Below, piece after piece: positions 49,260-61,979 of a stretch of DNA of 64,000 nucleotides. Origin of the DNA: Paraphysomonas bandaiensis (Eukaryota > Protista > Chrysophyceae); assembly GCA_965644295.1 (NCBI GenBank), contig CBFFRP010000030.1, forward strand, positions 1 to 64,000, read 5' to 3'. The notes under the pieces are model-generated. The model did not search any database and was not told the DNA's origin. It saw only the letters and a list, made by a program, of their open reading frames with translations. Every line of letters begins with the position of its first letter. The first letter of the stretch is position 1. The translations under genes were made by a program, and so were the position numbers.

Positions 49260-50052
49260 GTTGAACTTACATAGTGTTGGAACACCTGGTGTAGTCTTTC
49301 CAGAGCTAAAACAATATTTAACGCAACTTGAAAAATTACAGAGTGTTACCCTCGCCTTACAAAGAGATAGATCCAATTTGTACCAAGCCCGCCAGTTATT
49401 TGATATTATACTGTTACAATAATTTCCAGAGCTGTATCCATACCTTTTCTGAATGCAAGTATTGTTGCCAGTGCAATTTTTGAGAAGGCAGTGGAAAAAA
49501 TTCAAGGGAACGGTGAAAGAGAGCTGACAGTCAGTGAGAGAAGAGAAGTTAGACATCTGCAACAGGATTCATCCCGACAGATATAACTAGAGGACGAGAG
49601 TGAAAGACTTATTTTGCACAGCGTGTTCTAGACAGCGCCGAGGTAACCAAGAGAGCTCGACTACCGCTGCTTACTTCATATTGAAGCACATTCTAATGTT
49701 GTTGAGAGGCTCTTTAGTCGTGCTAAGTTGCTTATGACATCTGAGCGAAGAAACATGAATCTATACCGTCTAGAATCGTTGCTATTCCTACGATCCAATT
49801 ACATGTTGTGGTATGCTTATACCCTCGATGAAGTCCTGCAAGAAGATCCTGATATGCCAGTGGAGAGCGTTACAATTCGTAGTCTTCTATTTAATTAAAA
49901 ATTAGTAATTAAGGGAGCACCACAATATCTATTATGAGCAGCATTATCATATTATCTACTTTAAGTTAGTAGGTATTAATGGCCATTTCTGGCCATTATA
50001 ATTGCCGGGAACTGGACTACCATTAATGGGCCATTAATGGTAACCAGCTCTG
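49260..50052 (+). mobile_element. Decayed hAT transposon, 3' part
   Basis: Broken frames LEKLQSVTLALQRD..ARQLFD..FEKAVEKIQG and HSNVVERLFSRAKLLMTSERRNM..LESLLFLRSN. Ends in CCATTAATGG repeats and ..AACCAGCTCTG. Confidence 0.75.
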
Positions 50053-50064
50053 TACTAAGCTATC

Positions 50065-50241
50065 AGTGCCATTTGTCATTTGTTCCTACTAAATGCTGCA
50101 GATGTTCCAATAAAACTAAAAATGGCAGTTGAGCCGTGTTTAAATTTAGTAATATCGAATAAAACTTTTACCTTTGTAGGAATGCCTGAAAATTTTAATT
50201 TAATAGGAACGTCGGCAAAAAAAGTAGGAACAAATGGTACT
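50065..50241. mobile_element. MITE-like element with imperfect long TIRs
   Basis: AGTGCCATTTG..CATTTGTTCCTACT..GATGTTCCAATAAAACTAAAA versus TTTTAATTTAATAGGAACGTC..AGTAGGAACAAATGGTACT. Confidence 0.6.
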
Positions 50242-51643
50242 TTTTTATTTCAGTAGGTTAGTGGTTAGATTTAGGATTTCGTGGGGACAAATACATTACC
50301 GAAGATGAAGTTCCCATAATATAAAATGTTCAAAAATTTATAGTAATATAAGGCATTCGCACATAATATAGTATTTCGATGAAACGGTTTTGCTTAGTAA
50401 GCAAGGTAAAACACTTCTGTGTAACAACGACTTACAATGCCGTTAATGGTTAAAGTTCAGCAAGATGTGATGAGCATTAACCATACATATTAGCTAGTTT
50501 TTGAACAGACAATTATCAACAGGGGTGACCTTAAATAATTGAAAGTTGAACTCACTCAATAGTCAGTAGTAAAATTATAAATCTTTCATAGATATTCAGG
50601 GTTTGGGTAACATTGTGCTTATCAGGATTGTGTCCTTATATCATACACACAGTATTCGAGTCTGTTGCGCTTCTCGAGCTGTACATAAAGAATGACAACA
50701 AGAAGTCTCTTTGGAATAATATGTTGGAAGTATTTTGCCTTCTAAGTTGCCCCACTAAGGTGTTAGCTAGCCTCAGTGATACACTCGTGTACAACAAATT
50801 AATCTTAACACCGTGACAGTAAATTCAGCGGTAAGGAGCGCTCTAGATTTTCAAATGGAAAAGGAAAATTCAATGGGTCAGTCTTTAGTAAATAAGATGA
50901 TACTTTTGAAGCACAATGGCGAGATGGTACCTAAAGTGGCAAATCAGTTGATATTTCTGAAAAAGTTCATAAGACAAGTTTGGAACGTTCTCTCTTAGTA
51001 TGACTTATCAAGCCTGGTGGTCTATCTCGTTCCTTGGTTTGACTTAAGGACTATGAGGTATATCATTGCACATATGTATCGCTGCTATCGAGAGAGGGCT
51101 CATCGGCATATTACTTAGTAGCACCCGTCATAGACCACACCAAGAAGAGTCAATGCCAGACTGAAAGAGATTCACATATGCATACACACACAAACATTAA
51201 ATGCATTGTTCTATGTAATGAGAATATATGGTTTGGCAGGAGACACCTCATACAACACTAGCGAGAATCCTAACACTAGCGAGGTACTGGCTGTGCTTGT
51301 TAAAGTTATGCGGAAGTCTTAAAAAGCGGGGTATTCTGTTAACTTTAAGAATTTAATATTTATTCAACTAAAAACATCAAGATTTCTAGGATACTGGATT
51401 TTTTAAAGAAATCACACGACACAAAAAAAAACATACGTGTGGGCTCGTCTCTGCACATTGATGCGATGATTCGATAGGCACAATCGTCACTCTCCAAAGT
51501 AGCACGTCGCATACATGCCGCTAACCTTAACAAGGAATTTCTACGATAATTTACGTCTATGAATTTTCATTGCTAATGAGCATGTTATGGCGTCTGAGAT
51601 AGACACATTGTGTTAACTTTTGCGGTTATTGTCAGCTGTCAAT

Positions 51644-52845
51644 ATGAGTCCGCCTATGGAAGCCTCACAGTGCAGCGTCATAGTGAACTACCTTCCTTTA
51701 GATGTTGATGATGAGCAACTGAGAGTAAGCAACCCTGCTGATATGCACTGACAGTAATATATTATTATAGAAAATGTTTGCCGATTATGGGGAAATAGTA
51801 AAGGCGTATGTCGCAAAGAATAAATCCTCTGGAGCGAGCTTGTCTTACGCATTCGTCACATTTGCTCGAAAAGAGGAAGCTGTAGCTGCAATAGCCGCAT
51901 TGAATGGGATGCAGGTGGGGAGTAAGCATATTAAAGTGAGTTTCGCAAAGCTCAAGCAAGGAGACATCCATAACAGAAAGCTTTTTGTGCGCTGTCTTCC
52001 TCTCACTTACACAGAAGAGCAGATACGAGACCTGTTTGCAGAGGTAAGCTTGTAGTTGCTATTATCGCTCAGAAATTTAACTTGTTTTGTGCTTAGTATG
52101 GGGATATTATTGAATGTCGCCTTCTGTTGGAATCAGACAAAGTTACTTCCAGAGGCTGTGCATTTGTTGAATTCAAGAGTGCCGCGGAATGTGAAAACGG
52201 TATTTACCCTTTACTTGTTGGCGCTTTGTGTCTGATATTGGTTTAGCAATAAATAGTCTGAACAATAGTATACCTCCCGGTGCTACAGCTTCCATCTGTG
52301 TTTATTATGCTCGCCCTCCTCCTGGAACAGAGAATACAGTTGACACGCCTAGAGTTCCTCATCTTTCATGTACCCCTCCGACAAACTGGGCCACTGCGCC
52401 TCCCACCATGGGTCCGCTACCTTCGTCTCACTACCCATCCTCACCATGTAGAGCTTACTCCCCTAGTGCAGGTGTACATATGGCACATTTTCCTCCTTCT
52501 CCTGGTCGGAATGTATCGCCGTATCCTCACTCGCCTGTTCGCATAGAACAAAGCGGAGTATTCTCGTTCCCGAGTAGTGTGCAGGAATTAAATGTGAGAG
52601 TCAGTGGACTTCCTCCATATGTGAATCTTAAGCAATTTCTTGATTTGTTTGAACCCTACGGGCATATTGTGTCCGCTGGACTGGACCATTCTCTCAACTC
52701 CGCAGGTATAATGTCATTCGGCACCGGACGCTTGCGCATTGTGACTACTCAGGAACAATTGCAACTCATGATTCGTAGTATCCATAACTACGTTGTTTTT
52801 GATGGGTATCCTCCGCTTCAGCTGACGATTCAACATTCAGCTTAA
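51644..52845 (+). CDS. ELAV/Sex-lethal-like RRM protein, copy 2
   Basis: Offset +3923 from copy 1 with the same exon structure; V>I and A>P differences seen in exon 4. Confidence 0.85.
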
Positions 52846-53420
52846 TAGCTTAATGGGTTTATTACGAATAGTTCTAGATATGTTGAAATATTATGTTTTC
52901 GAATTTTCTGTAGCACATGTGATTGATTAGCACCCCTTGTTTTATGAAATGTACTAGTGCGGTGTCTTTCGTACACTGAGTCTTGTTAATTTGTAGTTGG
53001 AGATATTTGACACACGTTTGTCGTGTGTTGGTGTGATTAGTTTTTTACTTCCTTCTCAGATAGATCCTATCATGTATGAGTTCATGAAGAAATACGTAGT
53101 GTTTTCGTCTCATGGTGTACCGTTTCATATTATATAATTGAACGAAATCTGTTTTTTAACTGCTCTAAATTTCATGTCAGAGTCCCGAAGTGCAGGGTTC
53201 GGTAACATATATAATGTAATATTATCGTATGATATATACTTCACTGCTGAATCGCTGGGTGATTACATCCTTGATGATCTTTCTTTGGTTGGTCATAACT
53301 TTGAATCCATCGAGTTATAAACTACAATATAATTATGTGTTACTAAGTGTCGAATGTAAGTGTTAATAAGGAACAAAGTAAGAAATTACTAAGGAACAGA
53401 TGGTAAAAATATATATATTA

Positions 53421-54366
53421 CTACGTAGAAACAAACGATGCAGGAAAAAGTATGAAATCAGCCGACGGAAATGAATTGGCTTCAGTGAGCTGGTCATGAT
53501 TTCGTGAATTCTCCAGTTCGGCTGTTCGAGCTGCCACATGCTGCTGCTCGTTTAAAGTATCCATTCTGTTGCGGCGAATATTAGTAACGATTTGAATCAT
53601 TTCATCCAGTGTATCTGGACATGTAAGAGCATGCAATGTCTGATATAAGGGATCAGGGCTGCGGTCTTCCATGATCGAATACTCTGCAGGATCGTCAGGC
53701 AAGGGAGTAAAATCTTCCTCTAAAGAACGAGGCTGAATGCGTGGATTTGTACTTGCGCTCTGGAGGATATTCTGGATACGATGTATAGGAGTTATATGAG
53801 CTATACTGGAGCTACCTTTCGGTCTATCATCATTATGAGGAGTCCGAATAGAGGGTTTACGTATTCTGGGTGAAGAACCAAGGTGCCCTGAAATAAAATA
53901 TCTTTCCCCAGTCCTCGGGCTGTGCATGGTATCGAAGAAAATGCGATCGGTGTCCTCAATTGTTGCATTTTTTGGACTGAACACAACTTTCCAGAGTGCT
54001 TCTCCTTCGTGGGTGTTGATTTTTGAATATTTTCGAATCCACTCTAGCGAAGGAATGTATCCACCAGATTTCATGGCATACATTGCTGTGTACCTTAGAG
54101 GAGTAATGTACGGAAAAAGCACACGCATGTGAGAAACTTATGCATTTCAGCAGTAAAATTCCTCTGCGTAAGTTGAACTTCACCTTCGTCAATAGATAGA
54201 TGATGTTAACTGAGGCATATGTTTTAGGCGACCTTTTGTTCAAGATGAGCCCGTGGAATGTTGTGACATCAAAATTGAAACCAGGTCTGCCCTTCGTCCT
54301 TGAGAAAATATATCCGCACATACATGGTGTGGTAAAATCTTGTGTTGTCCACACCTTTGAGTTCAA
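53421..54366 (-). pseudogene. Unknown ORF pair in overlapping frames (possible frameshifted gene)
   Basis: 235-aa ORF (53421-54128) overlapped by an upstream 136-aa ORF in another frame; no recognisable domain. Confidence 0.3.
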
Positions 54367-54755
54367 ACAGTAGAGGACTGACTCTCAGTCGTCGTCATCT
54401 TCGTGTTCAAGTAGCTACAGCAGCCCTTTCAAGAGAGACGACAATGTGAAATGGTACAGCAACTACACGAAACCTGTCCGAACTACAGCCGATGTGAAGG
54501 GCTTTTACAAGTATGGAAGAAAGAGAAAGATTTATATGACCCAGAAGTCTTTTTGTGATGTGCTCCTCTAGAAATAAAGAATACAGATACATGGTTCGTA
54601 TAGTAAAATATTCAATACTAGCTGTCTATATGCGGGAGAGCTATTGAAAAGGTGTATGCCTCATTATTATGTATATATATATATATTATGTAGTAGCTAA
54701 AATAAGCTTTTTGTAGGGTAATTTAATTACTCGACACAGTGACAAGTGGGTTCAC

Positions 54756-55091
54756 ATGACCTGTAAGACTGCGGAGAGTGTGGATGGAATGGGACCAATT
54801 TGTGCTGTGTGTCTCGAGGTTATTGAAGATGACGCAAGCACTATGCCTGTTAACATTAGAGGGAAACGTGGAGTTAAGCATTTGGAATGCGCAGTGAAGT
54901 CCGAGTACGTCGTTGATTTATGTGCTGATTTACAGCATGAAACCGCGTTTGAAATGGAAAACGAAGACCATGCAGATGAGGTAGTGGATAAGCTCGACTT
55001 ACTGCGCAATGCTCTCAGTCGTGGTAAAAAGAGAAATGCATCAGAAATGGATTTAAGCTCTAGAGACCCCCGGCTAGTATCAGGTAAGTAG
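54756..55091 (+). CDS. Hypothetical small protein with CxxC...HxxC zinc-binding motif
   Basis: ICAVCLEVI...VKHLECA; ends at a GTAAGT donor-like site, so possibly an exon fragment. Confidence 0.35.
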   Translation: MTCKTAESVDGMGPICAVCLEVIEDDASTMPVNIRGKRGVKHLECAVKSEYVVDLCADLQHETAFEMENEDHADEVVDKLDLLRNALSRGKKRNASEMDLSSRDPRLVSGK

Positions 55092-55399
55092 TGGTACTAG
55101 AGTAGTAGAGTGTGGAGCTGGAGTACTATTGCGCTGCTGGTTAATAATCAGTTTATGAATTGTATGTACAGTTATTGTTCTTCTGTTACAAGCGCAAGCA
55201 ATAATGAGAACTAGATGGTACTGTGTAATGAACTATGAGATTAGGTGATTTATATAATATGCTCAAGATTTGTCGTTAATTTGCAGCAAACGCATGCCTG
55301 TGTATGTCAGGCGATAACACAGCAACTACTAACCCTAAATTGGCAAGAGTTATTGGGCTTAAGATTAAAAAATTTGGTACTCTGGTTCATCACATCAAC

Positions 55400-56110
55400 T
55401 TAAAGTGACAAATGCAAGAAACGCTGCTGCTGCTTTTGAATGCCATAGAGCCAGCAAGCAGTTACGACGGCAGCTTGACACCCAATACCGTTCGATTAAA
55501 AAGCACATATATAGTACAACAAACGTTGTGGAGCGTTTGTTCAGCAGAGCCAAGATTATCATGACACACTTGTGACAAGGAATGATCTCACGACGTCTCG
55601 AACTGCTGCTGTTCCTTTGATTCAACGAGCACTTGTGGATCGCAAAGACAGTGCAACAGGTCATCGATCATAAGAAATGAGGACGACAGTGACGAAGAGT
55701 TGGAACATTTAGAGTACTAGTATTGTTGTAACCTCTACTAATTTCTACCGATCGAGCTCATTTCTTCTTCTTAGAGCCCAATTTTGATATACCTGACATC
55801 TACTGACTTCAGGAGTTTTGAGTCCTTGAGGTGAACTCATTCCGGATGCCAGTTTATTCGTCAAATATTTTAGTATCCTTTGTACTACACAATAAGTGGG
55901 AAGGGCGTTATCTGCTGACTATGTTTGCGGCTGACGTTAGTTTCCCGAAGAAATATCTCCGGTACTTATCCCCAAGAACACCACGAGTAGGTGTGAGTCC
56001 GACTTTGTTGTGTTGATGCAAGAACCAATACCTGCCAATAATGTCTAAATAATGGGTGCCCAGTTCCCGGCAATATATAATGGCATTACCATTAATGATT
56101 ACCAGGTCCT
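55400..56110 (+). mobile_element. Decayed hAT transposon, 3' part
   Basis: TTNVVERLFSRAKIIMTHL*..SRRLELLLFL*FNEHLW. Terminal region shares CCAGTTCCCGGCAAT and CCATTAATG motifs with the end of the 49260 remnant. Confidence 0.65.
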
Positions 56111-56720
56111 AATGTAAAAAGTTATTCTTATATCAGTTTGATAATATTGGTTGGTATGAGTGAGTAGTGAGAGTATACATATAGTAATGGCATATAGTAA
56201 ACTTTGACATTAAATATCACGATTTTAGTTCACAGTCGCCGTATTTCAGTGTACCTAATATTTTTCAATTTATATTGTACGCTCCTTGACTACATTATAC
56301 TTTCACGGTTATAATTCTCATATCTTAAATAGCAATATTTAAGTGCTTACTAAGAAGTCAAAACACAATATTGAAAACTTATAGCACGCAATTATTATAT
56401 GATAACCGCATCCCAAACAACACAACCTGACTGCTATTGTAGTAGAATACAAGTAATCCAGGGGTAGAAAACAATACATTCCAATTTGTGGTGAGCTCCT
56501 TTAATACAAGCAATATTGAATGAATATTAGGTAGATCCATCGATAAATATATTTTACAATCCACAGTGGTGCGATATCTAGAAAATAAAACATTTCTACA
56601 TGGAATAAAGTAATAACATAGAGTTATGGTTGCATTATTATTAACTTATTCATGTACTTTTGACATCTACACATGACGTATTAATCCGAAGGAATCGTGC
56701 CTCTAGCAAGAATTGTCAAC

Positions 56721-57672
56721 CTATTTAACAATACCACAGTCACCGATATATATTTTAGGGAATGGGCGTTGGTTATTGCAATTCGTTTTATTAAGCATAC
56801 GCAAGACTCCGTATCCTTGTATCACGCGTCCAAATCCAACTTTAGTACAGTTCATCCATTCGCAATCTCCGAGAGTAATAAAAAACTGAGAACCGTTGCT
56901 ATGAGGACCAGAACTGACGTATCCCACAATTCCCCCAAGTTTCGAATCAAACTCAATACTAAAGCTCTCATCACGAATATGCTCGCCCGTAACACTTCGA
57001 GAATTAGACCCACTACCGTCCACAATATCACCACACTGTACCCATCCATTTTGAACGAGTCGATGCAAAGGACAGTTCCTGTACGACAGCTTCACTCCAT
57101 CTACACTCCCACATTCCCCGGTACATAGCTTGATAAAATTGTCGCATGCCAGAGGGCAAATATTATTAAATAGTTCGATCACTAGCTTACCACATGACTC
57201 ATCTTCCTTTCCTTCAGCTTCCATATCACGAAATAACTCAATAAAGACAGCAGGATGGCCAGTTGTCTCTATTGCCTCCAAACTCTTTTCTCTGGCCTCT
57301 TTTTCAAATTGCATCGTATTAGCGATTTCAGCATCGTCGATTCTATACTCTTGAATTGTGATCTCAACTAAATCCATCAAAGAGCCAATAATTTTATCAT
57401 TTCGAAATACAATGTGGCTATGGGAGTATCCAAACAAATCAGTGGCATATTGAGCCCTATAATTCTCAAGAGCAATTTGAAAATCTAGTTCCAAAACAGC
57501 ATCGAATTCGTATTCAATTTTACCGGAAAATTTCTTTGCAATGCGCTGTATACAAAGTATGAGTCACGTCATGAGACAAGAACAACATATCGCTTACGTT
57601 GATAATATGGCGGCAGAAATAAGTGTCAGGATCGTGAACAGATCCCAATATAATAAATTTTGTAATACTCAT
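56721..57672 (-). CDS. PPIL6: PPIL6/RSP12-like cyclophilin (2 exons)
   Basis: N-terminal extension (MSITKFIILGSVHDPDTYFCRHIIN|RIAKK..) plus cyclophilin domain GKLVIELF..CDNFIKLCTGE..LHRLVQNGWVQCGDI..NGSQFFITL..KVGFGRVIQG. The usual His of HVVFG is replaced. Confidence 0.8.
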
Positions 57673-58136
57673 TTGCTTTGCTTCAATTATCTACCAATGT
57701 AATGAACTTTCAAAAGCCTCAGAGTGAACTATAATATACTACTATACTATCTCCCTTAAGGCACTCTGGATATGATGCGGGTGATGATACTTGCCATACC
57801 CACTTCATGAGTAAAACGGCTCATAAATATTTCAGTTTGTCTCTTAAAGATCGTATATCTTGAAATTTTTGAAAGCCACGCGGCAAACAATAAAAAATTC
57901 TTCCAGAAACGTCAAAAAAACAAGCGGACGAGGACGTATCGTAGGACTCTATAGGGTATATAATGTGTACATGGTGTATGGCATGTGGTGTGTGTACGTA
58001 TGTATGTATATGCTCGAGTCCATAGAGGGGTTTGCACCATTACCGACGAATAGTCTTTGCATTACTACATTGTGCATGAATTGATTCGATTGAATCAAAT
58101 CCACTGCATCTACTCGACATATCCTCTAGATTAAAC

Positions 58137-59318
58137 ATGAAGATCGTGAATAGTTTATTCGTATTCCTTACTATATTGTGTGTGGCTCTTGCTGGAGCAG
58201 ATTACTACAAGATACTCGGAGTGTCCCGTAAAGCTACTTCTTCTGAACTCAAGAAAGCTTACCGTAAATTATCACTAAAGTATCATCGTAAGGCATTTAT
58301 GTATGACGGTGTCTGTCGTTAACTTCATATGCAGCTGATAAGAATCCGTCTGAGGAGGCTGCTTCCAAGTTTGCAGAAATAGCGAATGCTTATGATGTTT
58401 TGTCGGACCCTGATAAGCGTAAAACATACGACTCCGGTGGAGAGGAAGCTGTAAAGCAGCAGGAGCAAAGGTGCTTGTAACATATGATAAACGTCATGCT
58501 TTGTGATTTACTTGGCGACTGTATGCAGGGAGAACCAGCCCCAAGCAGATCCCTTTTCCATTTTTGAACACTTCGGGTTTGGCGGTATGGGTGGTCGTAG
58601 AGGTCGTGACGAGGAACCGCGCACACCCAGTGTTAATATTCCTCTTCGAGTGTCCCTTCGACAACTCTATTTGGGCGACTTGTTAGATGTGTCATACGTC
58701 CGACAGGTGCTGTGTGTAGAACACAACAAGTGCTCAAAGAACTGTCCAGATTGTCAAGGGGCAGGAATCAAGGTCAAGAATCAGCAGCTTGCTCCTGGAT
58801 TTGTGCAACAAGTACAAGTAAGAGATTCTAGCTGCGTGGCACGCGGAAAGTGTTGGAAGACGAATTGCAAGCACTGCCCCAACGGCTCAACTGAAGAAGA
58901 AGAGATCGAACTATCGGTGGATGTGTCGCCAGGTATGATGCACGGTGAAGAGATTCGCTTTGAGGAAGTAGCCGATGAGCAAGTTGGACATAGGGCGGGG
59001 GATCTCATATTCACAATCCACCAGTTGCCACACGAGCATTTTGTCAGGGAAGGTGACGATCTCCGCATTACTATGGGGATTTCTCTGAAGGACGCTCTGC
59101 TTGGATTCAAGCGGTCGTTTGAACATCTTGACGGTCACATCGTTAATGTAGAGAAGAAAGATATCACATACTGCTCGCAAGTGTACACTATACGTGGAGA
59201 GGGTATGCCCCGTAAGGGCAGAAAAGGGAAAGGTGACCTCCACATTACACTCGAAATAGATTTCCCAACAAAATTTTCTAGCGCCCAGAAAGAGCTACTT
59301 TCTAAAGCCCTTGAGTAG
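58137..59318 (+). CDS. DNAJB11: ER DnaJ co-chaperone ERdj3/DNAJB11 (3 exons)
   Basis: Signal peptide, [20 protein letters not shown]|PDKN (HPD split by an intron), G/F region, [12 protein letters not shown], DnaJ C-terminal domain. Confidence 0.9.
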
Positions 59319-59729
59319 TGAATTTATTGAGTGGATATAATGTATTAATAATGAAGTACTATTCTCGCGTCAGAATTATGTCCAGGAGCTACTTGAACCT
59401 TGAACAAAAAGGCTATGTTGAGTAAATTCAGTTGCTGATCTAAATACTAAATAAGATATTCATGGATGCGGGATTGACTGGCGAATTAAACATATAATAA
59501 TTGATGTAAATGAGGACAAATATTCACCAAGAGTAAAGTGCTTAGGTTAGGAATTACAATTATTTGAAGTACGACATGAGCATGATGTATAAACTATAAA
59601 ATCAAATTATCTCACTGGTCGCATCATCCTTCTTGTGTGAAGGTGTATCAAGCTTTAATAAAATAACACATATTCATAAATATTATTATTCACACACTTA
59701 GAACTTAAAGGATATACGAAAACACCAAT

Positions 59730-61458
59730 CTATTCCAGTTGCGCCTCGTTCTGCCGATCGATTCTAGTTGACAGAAGGTCTTTAAATTCCTTCAGCAACT
59801 CTTCGCTTTCGTCTGCCAAATCAACCACCATTTTACAAAAGTAGGCACAATCATGATTCTGTACAGCAGCACTGCTGTCCCCTTGTACCCTCGCTTCAAA
59901 GTCTTCCACAAGGTCCATTTCTCTCTGCATTAGGCTCATCTGACTAACCAGCTTCGCTTTTACAGCATGCGCCAGATTGAGGGTCTCTCTGAGAGTGTCG
60001 GCAGTTATCCTTGTGGGGCTGCTGGGTATGTTTTCAGGACCTATGCTATCCCCCACTGAGACTACAGTCAGTTGTCCTGGGCGGACAAAAAGGCCATGCA
60101 ATGGAGGGCACTTGAAGTACTGTGTGCCTTGCACAGACCCGTCGTTTTTCCCAGCAGGAGATGATAGCCTTAAACCCACCCAGTAACCACCGGCAAAAGC
60201 CGTTTGGCCCACAAAGGCAACATTCCCTAGGATCGGTGGGTCTTTACCTTTAACCGAGGCCACCATGCCAATCTTAAAAGCCGCGGCAGATGACGAATCC
60301 TGATTTTCATCACCATTTATTTTCATCGCCGCGAGAGAAGCAGCGGTCTCCCCTTCGTCAAAACTACAATAATACATATAAACCATGTGCTTGGCATGCG
60401 AAAGAGCGGAATACCTCGTAGAACGACCATTGGGACTTGGGAAGGCATCGCTAAAGAGTCTCCTACTACTGGGCCCAGAGGTAGGAGATGAGGGTGCGCT
60501 GTTGGTGGACAGCGATGACATTCTGCGAGAGTCATCTTCCTTTACGGGGCTTAGAGCCGATGCATCCGGGAGGTCCACTGTCTCTATCACATTATATCGA
60601 GAAGACTGACGGCGTACCAGGTTGCCTCGAATTAGTGCCTGGATAGAACTGATGGCGTCGTCGTCGTGATTAGATTTCTTGAGCAACTGGGCGGTTTTAG
60701 GGTTGAGCTGAGTAGAGGCGAGAATGGCATCTGCGTCATCCATGCTTTCCCGCAAACTGCTACCGTCTTCAGAGCCTGCAGTAGTTGGCAAGACCTATAT
60801 GCCATATATAACACAGCGTCATCATAGGTGGGGACTATATGGGCCACTAAAGTTTACGACAACTGCCCCTCTACACTACACACCATACATCGCTACGGCA
60901 CTACCCCACAGATTCACGCAATGCACTACGACATCGAACCTACCTCCTCCATCGCAGCTCTTTCTTGGTCATGAATAGCCTCCTCTTTCTCCAGCCTCGC
61001 TCGCAGGCTGGTGTTATTGATGTCAGATTTTATGCGGTCAGCACGGCGAGGGAACAGGTCTCGAAAGTTCAGATAAGCAAGGCGTGATAACTCTCTACAT
61101 TTGACTGATGCATCCTCCAGGCTCACTCGAATGGCTTCTTGGAAGTGATCCGCCTCTTTCTCTTGCAGCTCCCAGCAAAGGAGAATCTCATTCATATACG
61201 CCTGATGTATTATTAACTCCCAGAGATAAAATTTGTACACATCATTCAATAGTGACAAACTACAGTTAGCACAACACTAGGGATACTAATGCGCACACTG
61301 TTAGCCGTGTTTCTAAATTTAGACATAATTCTCCAATTTTATACAGTAGTACACATGTAAGAGCAAGGGCGTACCATGCAATGCTCTCTAACACCTTTCG
61401 ACCTACTGTTATTTATGTCTCCAATAGTCCGATGAGTCGGAGTCGGAGTTATCGTAAC
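59730..61458 (-). CDS. 3' part of a CLASP_N(TOG)-IQ-CAP-Gly protein; 5' part cut off by a Copia insertion
   Basis: Spliced reading NNSRSKGVREHCM|AYMNEILLCW..AIRVSLEDASVKCRELSRLAYLNFRDLFPRRADRI (CLASP_N end), IQALIRGNLVRRQ (IQ), GNVAFVGQTAFAGGYWVGLRL..GKNDGSVQGTQYFKC..GLFVRP (CAP-Gly). Confidence 0.8.
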
Positions 61459-61744
61459 TGTTAGTCTTAGAACTCATCCGCTGCCAAAATAAGATTTAAG
61501 GTTAGTCTTAATATTTAGTAAGAATATACTTGATATTATTAGAGATAAAGATTGAACGATAAGGCCTAATAGTATAATAGCAAGACACGTTTGAGCAGAG
61601 CGTTAGCACCACACACATGTGCGTATCTTGTACAGTCGCGTATCATGTATAGTTTGGTAATTATTCAGTCTATTTGGTATTTCATTGTATATGTGTGTTG
61701 TATTCACGCGTTAAGAGATATACGTGAATCAATGACTCCTAATA
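61459..61744 (-). repeat. 3' LTR (TA...CA termini)
   Basis: Starts right after the PPT with TATTAG. End inferred from the inverted terminus CTAACA; the partner LTR is outside the window. Confidence 0.6.
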
Positions 61745-61979
61745 CTCCCCCTCAATGAAATAATCATATGGCGTATACATAGATATATGGATATAGGTGT
61801 ATATATTTGGAGATAGTTCTACTGAGGGTAAAACCCACGAGTGCAATCACAGATTGTGGATTACACTGATGTCAACATACAGCATACTCGTGGGAAACTC
61901 CGTAGATCTCTAAGTCATCCATCGTGGTCTCTTGGTTGAGTTCTCTGCCGGTGGGATAGATACTTTTGTTCTTTTATTG

